A DNA stretch of 35,823 nt from Candidatus Kuenenia stuttgartensis. GTDB taxonomy: Bacteria; Planctomycetota; Planctomycetia; Isosphaerales; Isosphaeraceae. Positions 26,657 to 35,544 of this stretch are shown here, one piece after another. The stretch covers positions 1 to 35,823 of the forward strand of contig CAMBZY010000001.1 in NCBI GenBank assembly GCA_945872325.1, in the 5' to 3' direction. The stretch's first letter is position 1; every line of letters begins with the position of its first letter. The translations under genes were made by a program, and so were the position numbers. Below the pieces are notes generated by a model. That model was not told the origin of the DNA, searched no databases, and saw nothing but the letters and a program-made list of their open reading frames with translations.

Positions 26657-27760
26657 ATGCTCACTGCTACGGATCTCGAAAACCTGACTGACCGACTGGC
26701 AAAAGCCGATGGGCCTGCTGATATCTGCAACGCCTGGCCCGACGAAATCTGGGCGATTCTCAGTGAGTATCGAGCCTTTCACTGGCTGGTTCCCCAAGAA
26801 TTCAGCGGCGAAGGATGTGATCGTCTCACTCTGATGCAGCGCTACCTAGCCATCGCTCAAGGCAGCCTGACGGCCGCATTTATGCTGACCCAGCACGATG
26901 CCGCAATTCGGCGAATCATTCCGGCAGCCAGGATCGATACCCGTGGAGAACCCAATACAGCTGCAAAATGGCTGAGTCGTATTGTGTCAGAAAATCTCAC
27001 AACCACTGTCGGAATTTCGCAATTGACTATTTCCATCCGTCGTGGAGAACGGGCCATGGGAGCCACTCCGATTGCAAATGGTGGATATCGGCTCGACGGG
27101 TTCATGCCATGGGTCACCGGAGCGGAACAGGCCGCGGTATTTGTCACTGGAGGAACCATCGAGGATGGTCGCCAAATCCTCGCTCTGGTGCCTTCAGACC
27201 GGCCTGGAGTGTTGATTCAACAGCCTGAGCCTCTAGCTGCATTAAATGCATCTCGAACGACTGAGGTCATGTGTCAATCCGTTGAAATACAAGCCGATGA
27301 AGTGCTGGCGGGACCGATTGCAAATGTGATTACTTCAAAACAGGCCGGTGGAACGGGTGGGCTGGAAACGTCTGTTTTAGCGTTAGGTCAGTCATTGGCT
27401 GCGATTACATTTCTAAAGCACGAAGATCCAACCAGATTTGATCTGGAAGTGCCTGTAGAAAGATTGGAAAGTGAATGGACGGCATTAAAATCAGACATTT
27501 TCTCGATCGTTTCGGGTGATAACATTTCAATTTCTCCGGAACAGATTCGCCAGCGGGCCAATGCCCTGGCGAGCCGGTCCACGCAAGCCTGTCTGATTGC
27601 ACGTCGCGGAAGCGGTTTTCTGCTCACTGACCCAGCCCAGCGATGGGCCCGTCAAGCCTTGTTTTTTCATGTCTGGAGCTGCCCTAAACCTGTCGCCACA
27701 GCTTCGATCCGCGACCTTGCCGGCATGGGCGAATCCGCTGGGTGTGGAGTTTTGAATTGA
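26657..27760 (+). CDS. Acyl-CoA dehydrogenase family protein
   Basis: 367 aa with an ATG start. The N-terminal helical-domain pattern is WLVPQEFSGEGCD...LAIAQGSLTAAFMLTQHDAAI. The middle beta-domain pattern is GGYRLDGFMPWVTGAEQAAVFVTGG...LALVPSDRPGV. Confidence 0.65.
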   Translation: MLTATDLENLTDRLAKADGPADICNAWPDEIWAILSEYRAFHWLVPQEFSGEGCDRLTLMQRYLAIAQGSLTAAFMLTQHDAAIRRIIPAARIDTRGEPNTAAKWLSRIVSENLTTTVGISQLTISIRRGERAMGATPIANGGYRLDGFMPWVTGAEQAAVFVTGGTIEDGRQILALVPSDRPGVLIQQPEPLAALNASRTTEVMCQSVEIQADEVLAGPIANVITSKQAGGTGGLETSVLALGQSLAAITFLKHEDPTRFDLEVPVERLESEWTALKSDIFSIVSGDNISISPEQIRQRANALASRSTQACLIARRGSGFLLTDPAQRWARQALFFHVWSCPKPVATASIRDLAGMGESAGCGVLN

Positions 27761-27770
27761 GGAATAAACG

Positions 27771-27794
27771 AATACAATCGAAATTGTATTTTTC
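27771..27794 (+). terminator. AT-rich hairpin terminator in the convergent gap between the ACAD-like gene and priA
   Basis: aatacaat-cgaa-attgtatt forms an 8-bp perfect stem followed by tttt. It lies 11 nt after the plus-strand stop. Confidence 0.5.
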
Positions 27795-27808
27795 CAGATT
27801 CAACTCAC

Positions 27809-30178
27809 TCACAACATGCTCACAGGGTCCACGTCGATCGCCAGTTCCACGCTTGATGGCGGCTGAATGTCTGGCAGAACAGCGTGCAGGACGGTTTGCA
27901 GAGCCGCTGCTGTCAGCGATCGGGCCTGCAAATGGTGACGAAACAGGTTTTTGATCCGTGCCACCGGGGCAGGCGATGGGCCCATCACAATCACTGGCCC
28001 AGGAGCATCCGGATCAGGTGCAGGCCGTCCCGCTGCAGCCGCTTCGCGAACCGCCATGGCCTTGGCTTCTGATTCAATTCGGCCAGCCACATCCACCATA
28101 TATTTGGCCACGGCAGCATCGTCCACGCCTCTGGCAATCAGTCGGGCCATGCGTCCATAGGGTGGTAATGCAAATTGCTCGCGCAGTGGTAGCTCATATT
28201 TTGCAAAGCCTAAATAATCGTGTTTGGAAGCCAGCTCAATCGCTGGATGATCAGGGCTGAAAGTTTGCACCAGTACGCGGCCAGTCCGCTCGCCCCGACC
28301 GGTTCGGCCAGCTACCTGAGCCAGGAGCTGAAATGTACGTTCCGAGGCTCTGAAGTCTGGCAAATGCAATGCGGTATCGGCGGAAATGACTCCAACAAGT
28401 GTGACGTTCGGAAAGTCCAGGCCTTTGGCGATCATCTGTGTGCCTAACAGGATCCGAACATCTCCGCTACGAAATGAAGCCAGAATCTGCTCGTGGCTGT
28501 CAGCTCCACGAGTGGTATCGGAGTCCATCCGGCGGATGGACTCATTCGGAAACGAGGCCCTGACCTCGCGTTCCAAACGCTCTGTTCCGATGCCTGCATA
28601 ATGCAATAAACCGGTTCGGCATGATGGGCATCGATCCGGTGGCCGCACCTGATAATCACATGCGTGGCAGACCAGTAATCGCTGGTTTTTATGGTGTGTT
28701 AATGAAATATCACAGTTTTCGCATTTAATCACTTCGCCACATTTCGGGCACATGATCACCGTGTGAAATCCACGACGGTTCAGCAGAAGCATGATCTGGC
28801 CGTTGTCAGCCAGAGTGCGTCTCATCGCGTCCAGCAAGGCTGGTGAAAGGACTGGCGAAGTATCGCCACCACCCTGACCCATGGGAGCTGATTTTTCCTG
28901 ACGCAGATCAATCAGGTGAACAGCAGGTAACGGGCGATTTTCTACACGCTTTTGGAGGGAAAGCAATTGAAACTTCTTGGATCGGGCATTGCCCCAGCTC
29001 TCCAGAGAAGGCGTGGCCGAGCCTAATATGGCCGGAATTCCCAGCAGATGGGCGCGTTTGATGGCCGTATCGCGGGCATGATATCGCGGCACGCTATCCT
29101 GCTTGAACGAGTTTTCATGCTCTTCATCCACCACAATCAGGCCGAGGTTGCGGCAAGGGGCGAAAATAGCTGATCGGGCCCCGACCACCACCTGAATATC
29201 ACCATCGACAATCGAGGCCCAGTGCCGGTGCCGCTCGGCGTCGCTCATGTGGGAGTGCAGCACGGCTACGCGATCGAACCGACTGCGAAACCGCCTGATT
29301 GTCTGTGGTGTCAGGCTGATCTCAGGCACCAGTACGATCGCCTGGCGGCCTAGAGCCACCACCGTCTCCATTGCTGAAAGATAAACCTCGGTTTTGCCAC
29401 TTCCGGTCACCCCATGCAGCAGGAAAGGGGCAAAGCCTTTGCCAGGTTCGTCGATTCCGCGCTGAATGGCGGATCGAATCTGTTCCAGCACATTTTTCTG
29501 TTCAAGTGTAAGAGCTTCAGGCGGGAGACCTTCTGTATGCTTTTCCAACGATTTCGGACGTTTATCCGGATCAATCGCCACTCGCAACTTGGTGGCAAGC
29601 AGCAGCCCCTTGGTACAAAGCCCGTTCACCACAGCGGGGGAACATTCAGCCAGCTCGCAAACTTCCGTCACGGGAATCGGCCGGTCGGCATGTCTCAAAA
29701 CTTCGAAAACGCGCGACTGGCGGTCTGTCAGCTTCAATTCCTCGTTGGTTTTTTCGCGAAGTGCATCGGGCAAGGCCACACAGGTTCGGATCGCTGTACC
29801 TGATTGTTTGCGCACTCCGGCAGGAATGACGGCCTCAAGAGTCTGCCCCCATGAACAGACGTAATATTGGGCCAGCCAGCGAGTCAGTTCGAGCATGGCC
29901 GAGTCGACGAGTGGCTCTTCATCAAGAATCGCAATCACATTCTTGATCTTCGATTCCGGCAGGTTGCAGACCGGGTTAATCTGCACACAATAAGCCACCG
30001 TGGGCGAATTCCCACGCCCCAATGGGACCTCAAGCCTTTGCCCAAGGCGGATTTGTGGCTGCAGTTCCACTGGTACACGATAAGTGAACAGAGTTTCAAG
30101 TGGGCGGTTCAGAACCACGCCCACTGTCTCGGCGATCGCTGCATCAGGTGCATTTGAATGGAACAGTCCCTGGCTCAT
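27809..30178 (-). CDS. priA: Primosomal protein N' (replication restart helicase PriA)
   Basis: 789 aa with an ATG start. Walker A is LLHGVTGSGKTEVYL and the DEEH box is VVDEEHENSF. The characteristic Cys-rich zinc-binding insert is CPKCGEVIKCENCDISLTHHKNQRLLVCHACDYQVRPPDRCPSC. Helicase motif VI reads QVAGRTGRG. Confidence 0.94.
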   Translation of the reverse strand: MSQGLFHSNAPDAAIAETVGVVLNRPLETLFTYRVPVELQPQIRLGQRLEVPLGRGNSPTVAYCVQINPVCNLPESKIKNVIAILDEEPLVDSAMLELTRWLAQYYVCSWGQTLEAVIPAGVRKQSGTAIRTCVALPDALREKTNEELKLTDRQSRVFEVLRHADRPIPVTEVCELAECSPAVVNGLCTKGLLLATKLRVAIDPDKRPKSLEKHTEGLPPEALTLEQKNVLEQIRSAIQRGIDEPGKGFAPFLLHGVTGSGKTEVYLSAMETVVALGRQAIVLVPEISLTPQTIRRFRSRFDRVAVLHSHMSDAERHRHWASIVDGDIQVVVGARSAIFAPCRNLGLIVVDEEHENSFKQDSVPRYHARDTAIKRAHLLGIPAILGSATPSLESWGNARSKKFQLLSLQKRVENRPLPAVHLIDLRQEKSAPMGQGGGDTSPVLSPALLDAMRRTLADNGQIMLLLNRRGFHTVIMCPKCGEVIKCENCDISLTHHKNQRLLVCHACDYQVRPPDRCPSCRTGLLHYAGIGTERLEREVRASFPNESIRRMDSDTTRGADSHEQILASFRSGDVRILLGTQMIAKGLDFPNVTLVGVISADTALHLPDFRASERTFQLLAQVAGRTGRGERTGRVLVQTFSPDHPAIELASKHDYLGFAKYELPLREQFALPPYGRMARLIARGVDDAAVAKYMVDVAGRIESEAKAMAVREAAAAGRPAPDPDAPGPVIVMGPSPAPVARIKNLFRHHLQARSLTAAALQTVLHAVLPDIQPPSSVELAIDVDPVSML

Positions 30179-30335
30179 GTGTCTCTTGACATCGGTGTGT
30201 CGGTCAACCTATCGTTTGATGACCATGTTTGATTCAGATGCTCTGAGGCTTGCCACACCCAAAGCAGCTTTATTGTGACGGATCCGACTCATTTGGTCTA
30301 TGATTGAGGCGACGGGCTCGACTGGAATTCAGTTC

Positions 30336-30929
30336 ATGCGTATCGGAATCTTCGGCGGAACATTCGACCCGATCCACATCGGACACCTGATTCTGGCTGA
30401 GGCGTGCCGCGAGGCCTGCTCGCTCGACATCGTACAATTTGTTGTAGCCGGCGAGCCTCCTCATAAAGGCAAGCCCAGAACGGCTGCCAAACACAGGCTT
30501 GAGATGGTGGAACTGGCCATTGCCGGTAACAACGCTTTTGAAGCCTCCGAAATCGAACTCAGCCGCCCAGGCCCTCACTATAGTTATGAAACTCTGGAAC
30601 TGATCGCAGTCGAGAGGCCCGGCGACGAGCTTTTTTTCCTGATCGGCGCCGATAGTCTCGCGGATCTGCCCGGCTGGCGACGCCCGGAAAGTATCTGCAC
30701 TCTGGCCAGCCTTGTGGTCGTAAATCGGCCAGGCATTCGGCCTGAAACCATCTCAGACTATCAGCCACCCGAAGGTGCGAAACCGTTTTATCAAGTGACC
30801 ATGCCTGATGTGGGCATAGCGTCACGCAAGATTCGCCAAAAAGTGGCGGATGGGCAAAGTGTTCGCTATCTTGTGCCGCGAGCCGTCGAGATGTATCTCA
30901 CCCAGCACGGGCTTTATCGGAACGCCTGA
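30336..30929 (+). CDS. nadD: Nicotinate-nucleotide adenylyltransferase
   Basis: MRIGIFGGTFDPIHIGHL carries the (H/T)xGH nucleotidyltransferase motif at the canonical distance from the start. ISSTxxR-like motif: GIASRKIRQKV. The longest ORF starts at the ATG at 30300, 12 codons upstream. Confidence 0.88.
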   Translation: MRIGIFGGTFDPIHIGHLILAEACREACSLDIVQFVVAGEPPHKGKPRTAAKHRLEMVELAIAGNNAFEASEIELSRPGPHYSYETLELIAVERPGDELFFLIGADSLADLPGWRRPESICTLASLVVVNRPGIRPETISDYQPPEGAKPFYQVTMPDVGIASRKIRQKVADGQSVRYLVPRAVEMYLTQHGLYRNA

Positions 30930-30946
30930 TATTTGGTGTAAAGTGA

Positions 30947-30973
30947 GAGGCAAACCGGAGTTTGCCCCTTTCT
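30947..30973. terminator. Hairpin in the convergent gap between nadD and leuA
   Basis: gaggcaaac-cgga-gtttgcccc forms a 9-bp stem with one mismatch and a tetraloop, followed by tttctc on the plus strand. Confidence 0.5.
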
Positions 30974-30985
30974 CAGAATATAGAG

Positions 30986-32581
30986 TCAGGCTCCAGCCCC
31001 GGGCCGGCCAATCACTTCCCGTTGTCGATCACGTCGGGTGGCGATGGCGTTGACAGCGTTCAGATAGGCTAGAGCTGAAGCCTCGATAATGTCCGTTGAG
31101 GCGGCCCTGCCTGCAAACGAGCGGTCGTCAGACTCGACGGAAAGCTCCAGATTCACTTCGCCCTGAGCGTCTTTACCGCTTGTGACACTCCGCACGACGA
31201 ATTCCTTCAGGTTTGCACGCACGCCTGTGACTCGTTCGACAGCCTTGAAGATGGCATCCACAGGGCCATCTCCAATGGCGGCGTCCTGGACCAGATGGCC
31301 ATCAGGCCGGCGGATTGAAACCGTGGCCGTGGGCAGAAGGTTCATGCCTGTCACGACATGCAACCCTTCCAGCTTCCATAAAGCGGGAGCGTCAGCGTGG
31401 ATATGCTTTTCAACGAGAACGATCAAATCGTCGTCAAAGACTTCTTTTTTCTTGTCTGCCAGGGTTTTGAAATCCACAAACAGAGTTTCGATCTGCTCCT
31501 GGCTCAGGTGATAACCCAGCTCAATGGCACGATCCTTGATCGCAGCCCTTCCAGAGTGCTTACCCAGAACGAGATCTGTCTTGGGTACGCCCACATCCTC
31601 GGGCCTCATGATCTCATAGGTGGAGCGTTCTTTGAGCATCCCGTCCTGATGGATTCCTGACTCATGGGCAAAGGCGTTTTTGCCAACAATGGCCTTGTTG
31701 CGCTGAACCAGCATGCCGGTGATGCTGGTCAGGAGTCGGCTGATCGGGTAAAGCCTTTCAGAGCGAATGTTTGTCTCAAGATTGAAGTAGTCGTGGCGGG
31801 TCTTCAGGGCCATGACGATCTCTTCCAGAGCCGCATTCCCGGCTCGCTCGCCCACACCATTGATGGTGCATTCTATTTGGCGGGCACCCGCTTCAACTGC
31901 GGCCAGACTGTTGGCGACGGCCATGCCCAGATCGTCGTGACAGTGCACGGAAATCGTGGCCTGGTTGATGTTCGCAACCCTCTGCTTCAAGGTTCGAATG
32001 ATTCCGGCATAGTGCGCAGGTGTGGCATAACCGACTGTGTCAGGGATATTTACAGTCGTGGCACCAGCTTCGATGACGGCTCCCACCACGTCGCACAGGA
32101 AGTCGATCTCGGTGCGGGCTGCATCTTCAGGAGAGAATTCAATGTCAGCACAAAGACTTCGGGCGAATGTTACGCTTTCGACAGCCTTGGCAATGATCTG
32201 ATCGCGGCTCATTCGGAGTTTATGTTCGCGATGGATGGCTGAGGTGGCGAGAAAGACGTGAATCCGAGGTTTTTGGGCGAACTGCAAAGCTTCCCAGGCT
32301 CTGGCAATATCACGTTCATTCGATCGAGCCAGTCCGCAGATCGACGAACCGGTGATTTCAGTAGCAATCGCACGAACGGATTCAAAGTCACCATTGGAGG
32401 CGATTGGGAAGCCAGCCTCGATAATATCCACGCCAAGTAGCGACAGAGCTCTCGCAAACTCAAGTTTTTCGACATGGTTCATACTGCAGCCAGGTGATTG
32501 CTCACCGTCGCGCAGTGTGGTGTCGAAAATCTTGACATGGCGGTCGCTTTGGCTGGTTTTTTGGCTCTCTTGCGTGGTCAT
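30986..32581 (-). CDS. leuA: 2-isopropylmalate synthase
   Basis: Diagnostic blocks are IFDTTLRDGEQSPG and VHCHDDLGMAVANSLAAVEAG, followed by a C-terminal LeuA dimerisation/regulatory domain. I chose the ATG at 32581 because aagga lies 9 nt upstream. The longest ORF starts with GTG at 32620. Confidence 0.94.
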   Translation of the reverse strand: MTTQESQKTSQSDRHVKIFDTTLRDGEQSPGCSMNHVEKLEFARALSLLGVDIIEAGFPIASNGDFESVRAIATEITGSSICGLARSNERDIARAWEALQFAQKPRIHVFLATSAIHREHKLRMSRDQIIAKAVESVTFARSLCADIEFSPEDAARTEIDFLCDVVGAVIEAGATTVNIPDTVGYATPAHYAGIIRTLKQRVANINQATISVHCHDDLGMAVANSLAAVEAGARQIECTINGVGERAGNAALEEIVMALKTRHDYFNLETNIRSERLYPISRLLTSITGMLVQRNKAIVGKNAFAHESGIHQDGMLKERSTYEIMRPEDVGVPKTDLVLGKHSGRAAIKDRAIELGYHLSQEQIETLFVDFKTLADKKKEVFDDDLIVLVEKHIHADAPALWKLEGLHVVTGMNLLPTATVSIRRPDGHLVQDAAIGDGPVDAIFKAVERVTGVRANLKEFVVRSVTSGKDAQGEVNLELSVESDDRSFAGRAASTDIIEASALAYLNAVNAIATRRDRQREVIGRPGAGA

Positions 32582-32697
32582 GGAATCGATCCTTGTTTGA
32601 ATGTTCTGCAGATGACCCACTTCGACCGATTCAGAACCTGACGAATACCAATGAATCGCCCAAGTCGTCCGATCATGCGGATCTATCTACATCTTCT

Positions 32698-32727
32698 ATC
32701 ATAACAAATACAGAGCCTTAGAACCAA
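32698..32727 (-). promoter_or_regulatory. Candidate sigma-70 promoter for leuA
   Basis: The minus strand reads TTGGTT, an 18-nt spacer, then TATGAT with an extended-minus-10 TG (tgtTATGAT). This would give a leader of about 110 nt. Confidence 0.3.
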
Positions 32728-32740
32728 CCTCAAATCATCG

Positions 32741-32787
32741 TGGGCCAAGTCAACTCAACTTCATCAAAGTTGAATGAGCCTGGCCCA
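32741..32787 (-). terminator. Long imperfect hairpin downstream of the hydrolase gene and upstream of the leuA promoter candidate
   Basis: The outer stem tgggcca/tggccca (7 bp) and the inner stem tcaact/agttga (6 bp) are separated by an internal loop. It lies 36 nt after the stop at 32823. There is no U-tract. Confidence 0.35.
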
Positions 32788-32822
32788 TGGAATTCAGATT
32801 AAAGCACCTTCAACTGCTGAAC

Positions 32823-33845
32823 TTACGGCTTTACAACCGGCAATGGCGGTGCAGGGGGAGGAGTTGGCGGAGATACTGGCGAAACCACTGATGGGGCAAC
32901 CACTTCAGGCACCTTCAAAGCCGGCGGCTTGGGCGATTCTGCAATGGGTACTGGTGGTGCTGGAATCTGTGCTGGTGCAGGCGTTTCCTGAACTGCGGAA
33001 GCTGGAGCAACTTCGATTGGAACAACCGTTTCCAGAGTCACGGCAGGAGTCAAAACTGCTCCCATTGGCGCGGAGAGGGCGCGATCTGTGATGACTCGCA
33101 GAAGGCCGTTTGTCTCTGCGTTCAGAAGGACCGTGACGTGATCGTCACAAGGAATGACTAGTGTACTTAAAGGCTGGCAGATCTTTGTATTGGCGTGCAA
33201 GAAATGCTTCGCCTGACGTTTCACGATGTCGTAATCATTTTCAGCCCAGATGACAGTCATCGGAAGGCCGATCAATCTCTTGGTATGGATGGGGCTACCA
33301 TGCCAGCCTTGGAGCGGAGCCCAATTCTTCCATTTATTCCCATATCGAACCAGGAAATTGATGTCATAAAGGCCACTGATCAGAGTCAGGCTTTGGAAAT
33401 CAGCTTCGGTCAGCGATGACCGTTTGTCTGTCAAAGACATGTAAGCCAAATGGGCTCCAGCCGAGTGACCAACCAAATGGAATTGAGTGGAGGTGACCCC
33501 ATAATTTGGCAGATTGACTTTCGACCAACGAACAGCCTCGACTATATCGATTAAATTGTCCGGATATTTCTGTTCCTCACCATATTGAGGAATCACCAGA
33601 TTGATTCCATAACCTGCCAGAGCGACACCCAACTTGGTGTATAAGTTCTTGTCGTGCTTCGACCAATTACCGCCCGGGATATAGAAAACTGTTGGGCCAG
33701 TTGGGTTGGCACGATAGATGTCGAGTTTGTGTGCTTCAACATCGAAGGGGATATCTTTAAAAATTTCCTGGGCATGAATTCTGCCCGTCGATGAGAAGGC
33801 CAAGGCAAGCAATAAGGCCTGCAAAGCCATACGCCGGAACAACAT
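32823..33845 (-). CDS. Secreted alpha/beta hydrolase (esterase/formamidase-like) with a proline-rich C-terminal tail
   Basis: The oxyanion-type motif is YIPGGNW, the nucleophile elbow is LVGHSAGAHL, and a late DDH motif is present. From the ATG at 33845 the N-terminus is a signal peptide, MLFRRMALQALLLALAFSSTGRIHA. The longest ORF starts with TTG at 33902. Confidence 0.75.
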   Translation of the reverse strand: MLFRRMALQALLLALAFSSTGRIHAQEIFKDIPFDVEAHKLDIYRANPTGPTVFYIPGGNWSKHDKNLYTKLGVALAGYGINLVIPQYGEEQKYPDNLIDIVEAVRWSKVNLPNYGVTSTQFHLVGHSAGAHLAYMSLTDKRSSLTEADFQSLTLISGLYDINFLVRYGNKWKNWAPLQGWHGSPIHTKRLIGLPMTVIWAENDYDIVKRQAKHFLHANTKICQPLSTLVIPCDDHVTVLLNAETNGLLRVITDRALSAPMGAVLTPAVTLETVVPIEVAPASAVQETPAPAQIPAPPVPIAESPKPPALKVPEVVAPSVVSPVSPPTPPPAPPLPVVKP

Positions 33846-34202
33846 ATTGATGCGACTCCAAAGTTGTGCGGACATCATCATATTATGACATACCGAAATC
33901 AATCCGATTTCGAAGACAATACAGAACTCGAGTGTCTAAAACTTAATATATCCGGTGTTTTGCGTTTTCAAAATGAATGGGATAGATTTCGGTGGTATTT
34001 TATGAATGATTGGCAGTTGTTAGAGTAAATCAGTCGTGGATCGTGCCCCAAAAAACTTGATAAAGTTGAGAAGCCGTTGAGTCAGCAACCCAAAGCTGCT
34101 ACACTAACTTTCTGAAATCGTTGCTCAGGACAATGAAGCAAACCCTCTTGTCTATAAGCTACTGAACCAAGCCATACCTGCATTTCACGGAGTTTACCGC
34201 TC

Positions 34203-35381
34203 ATGTCCACTGCGGTCTCACCTCGACGCCTGCTGCTGGTCGAAGATAGTTCGACGATGCGCCGGATGATTTCGACCCTTCTGGGCGATGAAGGTTATGT
34301 AGTGGAAACCGCCGTTGATGGCGTGGATGGATTGGCCAAAGCCCGTGCCAAAGTTCCTGAACTGATCCTGACCGACTACGAAATGCCGGAAATGGACGGC
34401 CCAGGCCTCTGTCGGGCCCTCAAGGAAGATCCGATCCTGCGCACCACTCCCGTGATCATGCTGACCACCCTGGGCGCGACGGACAACAAACTGGCTGGCC
34501 TCACCGCCGGAGCCGACGACTACATCCAGAAGCCGAAAAGCCCCGACGAAATCCGCGAGCTTTTTGCCCGGATCAAGGCCCGGTTCCGGATCGCGGATCT
34601 CTCCGCTGAACTCACAGAACGGAATCGTCTGCTGGAATCCGCTCATAAAAAGCTGACCTTTGAGCTCGATCTGGCTCGTAAAGTTCAGGCCGCCCTGATG
34701 CCCAAGCCGCCCAAACCTCGTGGCGTGCTTAAGATGTCCGTCCGTTACAAGCCTGCAAATCAACTCGGTGGAGACGTTTACGACTTCTACCGCTTGGACA
34801 AGGAACGGCTCGGAATCCTCGTTGCCGACATTTCTGGCCACGGCGTGAACTCAGCCATGCTCTCAGGTATGGTCAAGAGCCTGGCATCATCGCTTTCAGC
34901 TGCCGTTCTCGAGCCTGGCGAACTCATGGCCGGTCTCGATGTCCAACTCGAAAACTACTTTCCTGATGGATACTTCTGTACTGGCCTCTACCTGATCGCT
35001 GACGAAACCACCGGTCTGCTTCGATACGCTGGAGTGGGTCACCCTCCAGCTGTTATCGTGGGCCCTGAAGGAATCAGAACACTTGATTCCAACCCCGGCC
35101 TTCTTGGCGTGGGCATGGTCGATGGCACTTCAGGTGGCGTGGACCGGCTTCAGCCTGGCGAATCGCTCCTGATTTACACCGACGGTTTGCCCGATGCTGC
35201 CACTCCAGCCGAAGAAATGTTCGGCCAGGCGCGTATCGAGCAACTCATGAGCGAGAATAAAGATAAGACGCCTGACGAGATTCTCTCAGCCATCGAGAAA
35301 GTGGTCGCAGACCACGTTCACCCAGGCTCGGCCGCTGACGATATCAACTTGGTTCTGATCCAGTATCCTCCAGAGTCTTAA
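34203..35381 (+). CDS. Response-regulator receiver domain fused to a PP2C (SpoIIE/RsbU-type) protein phosphatase
   Basis: 392 aa with an ATG start. REC-domain motifs are LLVEDSSTMRRMI, LILTDYEMPEMDG and IMLTT...KP. PP2C/SpoIIE motifs are GGDVYDF, VADISGHGVNSA, LIYTDGL and DDINLVLI. Confidence 0.9.
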   Translation: MSTAVSPRRLLLVEDSSTMRRMISTLLGDEGYVVETAVDGVDGLAKARAKVPELILTDYEMPEMDGPGLCRALKEDPILRTTPVIMLTTLGATDNKLAGLTAGADDYIQKPKSPDEIRELFARIKARFRIADLSAELTERNRLLESAHKKLTFELDLARKVQAALMPKPPKPRGVLKMSVRYKPANQLGGDVYDFYRLDKERLGILVADISGHGVNSAMLSGMVKSLASSLSAAVLEPGELMAGLDVQLENYFPDGYFCTGLYLIADETTGLLRYAGVGHPPAVIVGPEGIRTLDSNPGLLGVGMVDGTSGGVDRLQPGESLLIYTDGLPDAATPAEEMFGQARIEQLMSENKDKTPDEILSAIEKVVADHVHPGSAADDINLVLIQYPPES

Positions 35382-35426
35382 GAATTCCGAGTCTGTTTCT
35401 GGACTTGGCTGATTCATCATATATGT

Positions 35427-35469
35427 TACCAACAGACGATTTCCAAGATTCGCCTGTTGGTAATTTTTT
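35427..35469 (+). terminator. Rho-independent terminator or attenuator between the REC-PP2C and STAS genes
   Basis: taccaacag-N18-ctgttggta forms a 9-bp perfect stem followed by atttttt. It lies 46 nt after the stop and 76 nt before the next ATG. Confidence 0.7.
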
Positions 35470-35544
35470 GTTATCTGGAGCGGTCAGTATCCGAGGCGGA
35501 TCGTACTTCCAAGTGATCGTCTGAAACTCACGGCGACTCCTTCC

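Noticed and set aside
31182-32600. Plus-strand ORFs of 60-192 aa (31182..31511, 31397..31660, 31664..32242, 32258..32440, 32352..32600)
   Set aside because: They are antisense to leuA, which is identified with high confidence. They have no independent coding evidence.
34218-34841. 207-aa minus-strand ORF
   Set aside because: It is fully antisense to the REC-PP2C gene, whose product has clear receiver and SpoIIE motifs. The antisense product has no motifs and a skewed composition.
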